A stretch of 64,000 nucleotides of DNA, taken from assembly GCA_964016885.1 (NCBI GenBank), contig OZ024765.1, forward strand, positions 18,414,001 through 18,478,000, read 5' to 3'. The notes under the pieces were generated by a model. That model saw nothing but the letters and a program-made list of their open reading frames with translations. It was not told the DNA's origin and searched no databases. The translations under genes and the position numbers were made by a program. The DNA comes from Eledone cirrhosa (lineage: Eukaryota). Positions 1-8,200 of the stretch are shown piece after piece. Each line of letters begins with the position of its first letter. The stretch's first letter is position 1.

Positions 1-750
1 TATAGTTATTCAGAGCTTTACATTGGAATAGTGTACTACTATTTAAATATTAGTCCTTTAAATATATATTTCTATCATGTCCCCCCCCCCACCCCCCCAC
101 CCTCTTAGGTTTATCTCCTCTAAATTTGCAATCCCTAAAGTTTAACATCTTTCTTCAGAAGACAGATTTCTTAATAATTCTGGTGTTTTCTGTTTTGTTC
201 TTTTCTGGATTCCTTCAATAGCTTCTCCGTATTTTCTGAAGTCGTCTGACCATGCCCCAAAACAATATTCTAGGTCGTATCACACATATCATTCAACTAG
301 TGTTTTAGACCTCTCGACATTTAGCTAGGCAAAGGAATGTTTTATTATTCCTATCATCTGAATTCCTTTTTTTTCTTCAACATGTTTAGCCATCTTTAAA
401 ATCATATTCATACATATTCACAATTCCTCGTGGAGGGGTATAAGAGACATGTATAAATATAGCTGCATATTACTACAAAATAACTTGAACCATATCGCGA
501 AACATTTTGTAAAGTATCTCTGTAATTATTCTCATTTCGATTTTCTGTAGAATGTATTGACGTTTAAGATAGAGACAATTGCCCTTCTTCTAATAATCTC
601 TTTGTCCATTCCATGTTTTAGTCTCACAAAATATTGTTAATGCAAGATTTTGCTCTAATGTAATAAATGTTACTTTTAAAAGAGCGAAGTTCTCAATTTT
701 CTTCTTTCTCTTGTATATTGATATCTAAAGGATGACAAATGTATGAATTA

Positions 751-908
751 TGTGATAGGGAGGAAAAAAGCCACGACCTTCTTCTCTCGTTACAGAATGC
801 TAACTGACAACGTCTTTCGCAGGAGTGACTAGTACTACTGCCTTTTATATACCGTGACAACTGGAAAGACGTGACAAATAAGGATACACTCTGCTCTCCT
901 TATCAACA
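751..908 (-). mobile_element. Candidate solo-LTR-like fragment (TG...CA ends, internal TATA box)
   Basis: Bounded by imperfect inverted termini TGTGATAGGGAG (751) and CTCCTTATCAACA (ending 908). Minus-strand TATATAAAAG at 842-851. No matching target-site duplication or AATAAA seen. Confidence 0.3.
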
Positions 909-1228
909 TTGTCCGAGTCTGAGGACCTTTCCTCCCTGGTTAAGGAGTGAGATAAAATATTAGGGATCAATCTCTAGCAATAATTTCATTAAATCATATT
1001 TAACCAGAGACTGTTATGTTGTGGTTGTTGCTATATTTTATAGTCGTGGTTTCAATGTTTAACAGGGGTTGTAGAATTAGCTTTATCTAATTATTATCAA
1101 ACAAAACAGATTTATATATTGTCGCCGTTGTACGTTAAAATCACATATATATTTATATACACACTAAGGATGGAGGGACGACGGAATTGAAAACCATTAT
1201 TGCTGAGTACATCACGGCAAGATCTAAT

Positions 1229-1246
1229 ACACACACACACACACAC
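1229..1246. repeat. (AC)n microsatellite, length variable among units
   Basis: (AC)9 in unit 1, (AC)10 in units 2-4, (AC)11 in units 6 and 9, (AC)5 in unit 8. Confidence 0.95.
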
Positions 1247-1307
1247 TCTCCCGTATATATTTAATAATCAGCTATGACCATGAAGAAGGTCCCTGTAGAT
1301 CATCTGG

Positions 1308-1431
1308 TTGTAGGATCTAATGAACCCGAAAGAAAGTGAAAATATATTTTATGAAAGCCCCAGAAGAATAAATGTAAACATTGACCCGATTATAGTAGAA
1401 ATAAGAATGAGAAAGCCATGAACGCCAGCAC
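1308..1431 (+). repeat. Diverged inverted paralog of 3466-3596 (decayed coding-like relic)
   Basis: Its reverse complement GTGCTGGCGTTCATGGCTTTCT...GGGTCAA...TTTCATAAAATATATTTTCACTTTCTTTC...GATCCTACAA aligns collinearly with GTGGTGGCGTTCATGGGTTTCT...GGGTCGA...TTTCATGAATTAAATATCCATTTTCTTTC...GAACCTACAA. Confidence 0.75.
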
Positions 1432-1457
1432 ATCTATTTTGCTTGGAAATTAAAAGT

Positions 1458-1560
1458 AGGTTTATAAATATTAATTTTTTCTTATGTTCTTGTATCTGTT
1501 TGGTAGGTGTTAGAGACTATGTAGACACTGATGTGGTGTTCAATCTCAGTCCGAATCTGT
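1458..1560 (+). repeat. tRNA-derived module A (A box partly deleted)
   Basis: Shared leader TAGGTTTATAAATATTAATTTT, then TGGTAGGTGTTAGAGAC...GTTCAATCTCAGTC; homologous to modules B-D. Confidence 0.6.
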
Positions 1561-1624
1561 ACTATATATTTTTAAATTTAAATTTTTCTCTAGTAAAGTA
1601 AAAAATGAAATTATTATCTATAGA

Positions 1625-1694
1625 CTTTGACTGAAATCGAAACCCAGAGCAGATTCTTCACCGTCTCTAATACCTACAATTAGGCCACGGAGAC
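1625..1694 (-). repeat. tRNA-derived module B
   Basis: Minus strand reads GTCTCCGTGGCCTAATTGTAGGTATTAGAGACGGTGAAG...GGGTTTCGATTTCAG, with A-box-like and B-box-like motifs at tRNA spacing. Confidence 0.7.
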
Positions 1695-1777
1695 AGATAT
1701 AAAAACAGTGTGAAAATTAATATTTATAAAGTTACTTTTTTATTTTTGTTTTATACTATAAAAAATATAATACGACA

Positions 1778-1847
1778 CACTGCCAGTGATTGAACCCAGG
1801 ACATGAACATCCACCGGCTCTTATACTTACCACTAGGCTAAAGGGAC
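1778..1847 (-). repeat. tRNA-derived module C
   Basis: Minus strand reads GTCCCTTTAGCCTAGTGGTAAG...GGGTTCAATCAC: A box TAGCCTAGTGG, B-box-like GGTTCAATCAC. Confidence 0.7.
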
Positions 1848-1897
1848 GATTACAGAAACTTACTTAAAAATTGATATTTATAAACCTACTTTTTCAT

Positions 1898-2072
1898 TAC
1901 TAGAAAAAACCGGAAGTGGAGAAAATTGAAAAACATCTTCTTTTTCTTCCTCTGATTTTTTTTTATCCAAAATTTGGATTTAAGTCAGAGACGAGTTATC
2001 GTTCGTGGCAAAAATCAGAGGAAGAAAAAGAAGAAGTTTTTCAATTTTCTCCACTTCCGGTTTTTTCTAGTA
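1898..2072. repeat. 63-bp inverted repeat with 49-bp spacer (MITE/foldback-like)
   Basis: Arms 1898-1960 and 2010-2072 are reverse complements with one mismatch (1935/2035). Termini read TA-CTAGAAAAAACCGG...CCGGTTTTTTCTAG-TA. Confidence 0.95.
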
Positions 2073-2112
2073 TAGGTAAGTAAATATTAATTTTCAAAAA
2101 ATTTTTGTAACC

Positions 2113-2182
2113 GTCCCTGTGGCCTAATGGTAAGCACTAGAGACGGTGGAGATCCTGATTTAGGGTTCGATTTCCGTTAGGT
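2113..2182 (+). repeat. tRNA-derived module D (best preserved; 5' end resembles tRNA-Arg, not a functional tRNA)
   Basis: GTCCCTGTGGCCTAATGGTAAG carries the A box TGGCCTAATGG and GGTTCGATTTCC (2164-2175) is B-box-like. Acceptor and anticodon stems do not pair convincingly. Confidence 0.75.
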
Positions 2183-2348
2183 TTTATACTATTAACTGCG
2201 TATTTGTTTCTTTTATTTAAGTAAGATTTGAACTAATAATGCTGTACTTTGTAGTAATGTCCCATATTATATTCAACATATTTTAATTAAAATTTATTTT
2301 TTTTATAAAAGAAAGAACAAAAAACCTTATTGAAATTAAGAAATTAAT

Positions 2349-2543
2349 TTTATTCAGTAAAGTTGTTTTTATTTTGTTTTCACTTCATTAACTGCTGAAT
2401 ACGTCTTTTGTTTTTGTTTTTGATTCTTTCTAACCATTGTTTACTGTGAATGGTGACTGCAACGAACCTGGATTATTACCAAGTTTCACTGGATGATTGT
2501 ATTATTTTGTTGTCAGTGGACATCTGGACATCTATCTAAATAC
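2349..2543 (-). pseudogene. Candidate terminal exon plus 3' UTR, copy 1 (YLDRCPDVH*)
   Basis: Minus-strand acceptor TGTTTATTCCAG|G at 2544/2543, 31 nt to TGA (2513-2515), AATAAA at 2368-2373 and 2349-2354; paralogous to 4263-4428. Confidence 0.4.
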
Positions 2544-2635
2544 CTGGAATAAACACAAGGTGTATGTTTTACGTAACATTTCATTTTAATGTCTGATGTT
2601 CCTGTATTTCACATTTAAAATGTAACCAAAAATAA

Positions 2636-2840
2636 ACAAGACAGGGACGCTACATCAAAATAAACCACACAGACGAGGTACGAATAATCTAAAATTAATT
2701 TTAACAAACTATAAACGATGTTTAAAGAGAGACGAACATTAAAATAGGATTTCAAACAAACACGTAAACACAAAGACAATTACAGCCGCCATAATCTAAT
2801 ATCTGAAGATCAACATTTTTCACGATAGAAATAAAACTAA
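2636..2840 (+). mobile_element. Probable Penelope-like retroelement relic (RT to GIY-YIG linker) followed by a degenerate hammerhead-like motif
   Basis: 2636-2794 translates as TRQGRYIKINHTDEVRII*N*F*QTINDV*RETNIKIGFQTNT*, resembling the Penelope linker pattern YIxLPY...NIKVAFKTxNT (recognised by eye). CTGAAGA...GAAA at 2803-2831. Confidence 0.4.
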
Positions 2841-3018
2841 ATATGTAAAGTTTAGTGGCCCCTGATTTACTTGCTTTTAATTTCATTTTGATAATCTGTA
2901 TTCTGTAGACATATATTTATGATTTTAATGATGAAATTTCCTCTTGTCTTTAAAAGATTATTACTTATAAAAATTATAATAGTCACCTCCTCCTCTCGAT
3001 TAATATGTAGCTTACCCA

Positions 3019-3336
3019 CAGGGGTTCCTCAACTGGGCGGTTTCAACTGTTGGGTGCGCGATGAGCAGCTGAACAGAAAATTGAGGGCCATTGGAAACTT
3101 TGGTGGCCGATATAGAATTTTGAGATTTAAGAAGGTATGCTACCCGAAAACCTATTCAAGGAATATATGTAAAGAACCTGAATAAAAATCAGGAAGCTAA
3201 TTGGGAAAATTAAACCAGGAACAAACATTTACGAAACATATTTGGTATACTTTGAAATATTTACTATACAGGTGACTGGTGGAACATTTTTTCATGTGAA
3301 TGTGGGAAATGACGCCAAAATATTTGGCAACCCTTG
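3019..3336. mobile_element. hAT-like non-autonomous element (about 318 bp)
   Basis: Left end CAGGGGTTCCTCAACT is Charlie-like; right end reads CAAGGGTTGCCAAAT on the minus strand. In unit 7 the flanks GCTTACCC and GCTTACAC resemble an 8-bp target-site duplication. Confidence 0.45.
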
Positions 3337-3369
3337 GCTCACAACTTACTAAATGTTCTGGAGACAAGC

Positions 3370-3910
3370 CTCTTCGCTATATATCATAGTTCTTCAATCC
3401 TTCATCTTCCACAGTTGGTGAAGTATTTCGATTTGATATGACGATCGCAGAGTTAGATTTAGAACGTGGTGGCGTTCATGGGTTTCTTAGTGTTGTTACT
3501 AGAAAGGGTCGACTCTGTCTTTCACACTTCAGGTTTTTTCATGAATTAAATATCCATTTTCTTTCTGATCGGTCTAACAATGATTTGAACCTACAATGAC
3601 TCCGTCTGTAATAATGTTCTCTTATTTGAAATATGCCATACCTAACTCCCGTGTCTGTGTGTGTGAAAAATATTCCAACTTAGAGCGACGTGCCCGTAAA
3701 TTGTTTAGCCTGATTCCTATATATTGATAATGTGTAATATTTGAACCTTCATGGAGGGTCTTTGCCGTAATTTCCCGTAACTCCGACTAGAAGTCATTAT
3801 GTAGTTTTTTCGTCCGTTAAAAATAATGATTAAAACAATTCTATATCCAGAGTTATATACACCCCTTCATCACATATTATATTATTTCCACCAATAACTA
3901 CATTATATCC
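3370..3910 (-). pseudogene. Decayed coding-like relic of uncertain, probably mobile-element, origin
   Basis: Interrupted minus-strand frames give VIGGNNIICDEGVYITLDIELF* and ELREITAKTLHEGSNITHYQYIGIRLNNLRARRSKLEYF...IVGSNHC*TDQKENGYLIHEKT*SVKDRVDP. Part of it has a paralog at 1308-1431. Confidence 0.3.
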
Positions 3911-3991
3911 TTAAATATGACACCAAGACATATAATTTGTAAATAAAAGATGAAATATTAAAACCTCAATTTTTAAATAATTTTACCCCTC

Positions 3992-4130
3992 CTTTGTGTT
4001 CTCAGTGTTTAGATTAACCCATAATTTTATGATTTTGGAGCATATAACTTATAGTACCAGTCATGTACTGGGATCAATTTAACGGATTGGTTCCTCCCCG
4101 CAAATTACTTGACTTTTGCCTAAGTAAGAC
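3992..4130 (+). mobile_element. Degenerate SINE 3' part resembling an abundant octopus tRNA-derived SINE, followed by a TATG/TA tail (to about 4178)
   Basis: AGTACCAGTCATGTACTGGGATCAATTTAACGGATTGGTTCCTCCCCGCAAATT...TTTGCCTA resembles my recollection of an octopus SINE core (AGTACCAGT...GTACTGGGGTCGAT...CCCTCCCC...AAATT...TTGTGCCTA). Not database-verified. Confidence 0.6.
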
Positions 4131-4262
4131 ATACTCACAGAATGTATCGATGTATATGTATGAATGTATATATATATTAGTATATTTTATGTTTACAATA
4201 AAAATAGACAAACAATTTAATGATAATATGAAATGAAATTATTATTATTTATTAATAATATT

Positions 4263-4428
4263 TTTATTGTTTTCACTGCATTAACTTCTGAGTGTGACTT
4301 TGTTTTTCTTACTATTTTCTACTGTAAATGGCGGCTTAATTGGATTATTACTAAGGTTTACTGGATTGTGGTGTTTCTTTATTGTTTTATATTTCAATCA
4401 GTGGACATCAGGATAGCTTTCTATATAC
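4263..4428 (-). pseudogene. Candidate terminal exon plus 3' UTR, copy 2 (YIESYPDVH*)
   Basis: Minus-strand acceptor CATTTATCCCAG|G at 4429/4428, 31 nt to TGA (4398-4400), AATAAA at 4263-4268; paralogous to 2349-2543. Confidence 0.4.
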
Positions 4429-4464
4429 CTGGGATAAATGTAAAGAGTACTGACTTTCATCTGC

Positions 4465-5250
4465 AGTTCAATGGTGATGTCTTCTTATATTTTCATTTAC
4501 TTCTGCAATACTGTATATTGTAGTCTTTTCATTATTTTAAATATTTCTATCATGTCACTCGTTTGATATATCTCCCCGAAAGATATAGTTATTCAGAGCT
4601 TTACATTGGAATAGTGTACTACTATTTAAATATTAGTCCTTTAAATATATATTTCTATCATGCCCCCCCCCCCCCCACCCTCTTAGATTTATCTCCTCTA
4701 AATTTGCAATCCCTAAAGTTTAACATCTTTCTTCAGAAGACAGATTTCTTAATAATTCTGGTGTTTTCTGTTTTGTTCTTTTCTGGATTCCTTCAATAGC
4801 TTCTCCGTATTTTCTGAAGTCGTCTGACCATGCCCCAAAACAATATTCTAGGTCGTATCACACATATCATTCAACTAGTGTTTTAGACCTCTCGACATTT
4901 AGCTAGGCAAAGGAATGTTTTATTATTCCTATCATCTGAATTCCTTTTTTTTCTTCAACATGTTTAGCCATCTTTAAAATCATATTCATACATATTCACA
5001 ATTCCTCGTGGAGGGGTATAAGAGACATGTATAAATATAGCTGCATATTACTACAAAATAACTTGAACCATATCGCGAAACATTTTGTAAAGTATCTCTG
5101 TAATTATTCTCATTTCGATTTTCTGTAGAATGTATTGACGTTTAAGATAGAGACAATTGCCCTTCTTCTAATAATCTCTTTGTCCATTCCATGTTTTAGT
5201 CTCACAAAATATTGTTAATGCAAGATTTTGCTCTAATGTAATAAATGTTA
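4465..5250 (-). mobile_element. Decayed CR1-clade LINE, ORF2 C-terminal region downstream of the RT core
   Basis: The minus frame from 4980 reads ILKMAKHVEEKKGIQMIGIIKHSFA*LNVERSKTLVE*YV*YDLEYCFGAWSDDFRKYGEAIEGIQKRTKQKTPELLRNLSSEERC*TLGIANLEEINLRG..MIEIY. This matches the CR1 motifs LGxIKRSF, LEYCxxxWSP, LExVQRRATK, LSYEERL and RGDMIExYK. MEWTKR lies upstream and DMIEIFKIMK...IRRHH downstream. Multiple stops. Confidence 0.9.
4663..4680. repeat. Polymorphic poly-C tract (G-run on the minus strand) inside the CR1 relic
   Basis: C10AC7AC3 (unit 1), C14AC3 (units 2, 3), C12AC3 (4), C10AC5AC3 (5), C11AC5AC3 (6), C11AC7AC3 (7), C16 (8), C13 (9). Confidence 0.9.
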
Positions 5251-8200
5251 CTTTTAAAAGAGCGAAGTTCTCAATTTTCTTCTTTCTCTTGTATATTGAT
5301 ATCTAAAGGATGACAAATGTATGAATTATGTGATAGGGAGGAAAAAAGCCACGACCTTCTTCTCTCGTTACAGAATGCTAACTGACAACGTCTTTCGCAG
5401 GAGTGACTAGTACTACTGTCTTTTATATACCGTGACAACTGGAAAGACGTGACAAATAAGGATACACTCTGCTCTCCTTATCAACATTGTCCGAGTCTGA
5501 GGACCTTTCCTCCCTGGTTAAGGAGTGAGATAAAATATTAGGGATCAATCTCTAGCAATAATTTCATTAAATCATATTTAACCAGAGACTGTTATGTTGT
5601 GGTTGTTGCTATATTTTATAGTCGTGGTTTCAATGTTTAACAGTGGTTGTAGAATTAGCTTTATCTAATTATTATCAAACAAAACAGATTTATATATTGT
5701 CGCCGTTGTACGTTAAAATCACATATATATTTATATACACACTAAGGATGGAGGGACGACGGAATTGAAAACCATTATTGCTGAGTACATCACGGCAAGA
5801 TCTAATACACACACACACACACACACTCTCCCGTATATATTTAATAATCAGCTATGACCATGAAAAAGGTCCCTGTAGATCATCTGGTTGTAGGATCTAA
5901 TGAACCCGAAAGAAAGTGAAAATATATTTTATGAAAGCCCCAGAAGAAGAAATGTAAACATTGACCCGATTATAGTAGAAATAAGAATGAGAAAGCCATG
6001 AACGCCAGCACATCTATTTTGCTTGGAAATTAAAAGTAGGTTTATAAATATTAATTTTTTCTTATGTTCTTGTATCTGTTTGGTAGGTGTTAGAGACTAT
6101 GTAGACACTGATGTGGTGTTCAATCTCAGTCCGAATCTGTACTATATATTTTTAAATTTAAATTTTTCTCTAGTAAAGTAAAAAATGAAATTATTATCTA
6201 TAGACTTTGACTGAAATCGAAACCCAGAGCAGATTCTTCACCGTCTCTAATACCTACAATTAGGCCACGGAGACAGATATAAAAACAGTGTGAAAATTAA
6301 TATTTATAAAGTTACTTTTTTATTTTTGTTTTATACTATAAAAAATATAATACGACACACTGCCAGTGATTGAACCCAGGACATGAACATCCACCGGCTC
6401 TTATACTTACCACTAGGCTAAAGGGACGATTACAGAAACTTACTTAAAAATTGATATTTATAAACCTACTTTTTCATTACTAGAAAAAACCGGAAGTGGA
6501 GAAAATTGAAAAACATCTTCTTTTTCTTCCTCTGATTTTTTTTTATCCAAAATTTGGATTTAAGTCAGAGACGAGTTATCGTTCGTGGCAAAAATCAGAG
6601 GAAGAAAAAGAAGAAGTTTTTCAATTTTCTCCACTTCCGGTTTTTTCTAGTATAGGTAAGTAAATATTAATTTTCAAAAAATTTTTGTAACCGTCCCTGT
6701 GGCCTAATGGTAAGCACTAGAGACGGTGGAGATCCTGATTTAGGGTTCGATTTCCGTTAGGTTTTATACTATTAACTGCGTATTTGTTTCTTTTATTTAA
6801 GTAAGATTTGAACTAATAATGCTGTACTTTGTAGTAATGTCCCATATTATATTCAACATATTTTAATTAAAATTTATTTTTTTTATAAAAGAAAGAACAA
6901 AAAACCTTATTGAAATTAAGAAATTAATTTTATTCAGTAAAGTTGTTTTTATTTTGTTTTCACTTCATTAACTGCTGAATACGTCTTTTGTTTTTGTTTT
7001 TGATTCTTTCTAACCATTGTTTACTGTGAATGGTGACTGCAACGAACCTGGATTATTACCAAGTTTCACTGGATGATTGTATTATTTTGTTGTCAGTGGA
7101 CATCTGGACATCTATCTAAATACCTGGAATAAACACAAGGTGTATGTTTTACGTAACATTTCATTTTAATGTCTGATGTTCCTGTATTTCACATTTAAAA
7201 TGTAACCAAAAATAAACAAGACAGGGACGCTACATCAAAATAAACCACACAGACGAGGTACGAATAATCTAAAATTAATTTTAACAAACTATAAACGATG
7301 TTTAAAGAGAGACGAACATTAAAATAGGATTTCAAACAAACACGTAAACACAAAGACAATTACAGCCGCCATAATCTAATATCTGAAGATCAACATTTTT
7401 CACGATAGAAATAAAACTAAATATGTAAAGTTTAGTGGCCCCTGATTTACTTGCTTTTAATTTCATTTTGATAATCTGTATTCTGTAGACATATATTTAT
7501 GATTTTAATGATGAAATTTCCTCTTGTCTTTAAAAGATTATTACTTATAAAAATTATAATAGTCACCTCCTCCTCTCGATTAATATGTAGCTTACCCACA
7601 GGGGTTCCTCAACTGGGCGGTTTCAACTGTTGGGTGCGCGATGAGCAGCTGAACAGAAAATTGAGGGCCATTGGAAACTTTGGTGGCCGATATAGAATTT
7701 TGAGATTTAAGAAGGTATGCTACCCGAAAACCTATTCAAGGAATATATGTAAAGAACCTGAATAAAAATCAGGAAGCTAATTGGGAAAATTAAACCAGGA
7801 ACAAACATTTACGAAACATATTTGGTATACTTTGAAATATTTACTATACAGGTGACTGGTGGAACATTTTTTCATGTGAATGTGGGAAATGACGCCAAAA
7901 TATTTGGCAACCCTTGGCTCACAACTTACTAAATGTTCTGGAGACAAGCCTCTTCGCTATATATCATAGTTCTTCAATCCTTCATCTTCCACAGTTGGTG
8001 AAGTATTTCGATTTGATATGACGATCGCAGAGTTAGATTTAGAACGTGGTGGCGTTCATGGGTTTCTTAGTGTTGTTACTAGAAAGGGTCGACTCTGTCT
8101 TTCACACTTCAGGTTTTTTCATGAATTAAATATCCATTTTCTTTCTGATCGGTCTAACAATGATTTGAACCTACAATGACTCCGTCTGTAATAATGTTCT

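Noticed and set aside
919-955. Hammerhead ribozyme at CTGAGGA
   Set aside because: No GAAA closes a plausible stem II.
2113-2182. Functional tRNA gene
   Set aside because: A and B boxes are present but there is no convincing acceptor or anticodon stem; treated as a tRNA-derived repeat.
2919-3185. 88-aa + strand ORF repeated in 13 units
   Set aside because: It has no recognisable domain, crosses the hAT-like element boundary, and is frameshifted in unit 7 (extra A near 30431). Identity across copies reflects recent amplification; one synonymous change near 35058 is too little evidence.
4233-4523. 96-aa hydrophobic + strand ORF intact in all 13 complete copies
   Set aside because: The F/I/L/Y bias is expected from T-rich DNA. 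It is antisense to the CR1 relic and the candidate exon, and the paralogous region at 2366-2560 keeps no such frame.
1-4583. Histone, 5S rRNA, snRNA or SL-RNA tandem gene cluster
   Set aside because: The unit size fits, but I recognised no such coding or RNA motifs on either strand. An Rfam search would be the decisive test.
4563-4799. 78-80-aa ORF with a polyproline run
   Set aside because: TTG start, antisense to CR1 ORF2, and open or closed depending only on poly-C length.
3370-5250. Alternative genetic code explaining the interrupted minus-strand frames
   Set aside because: All three stop codons and frameshifts occur in a recognisable LINE relic, so ordinary decay is the simpler explanation.
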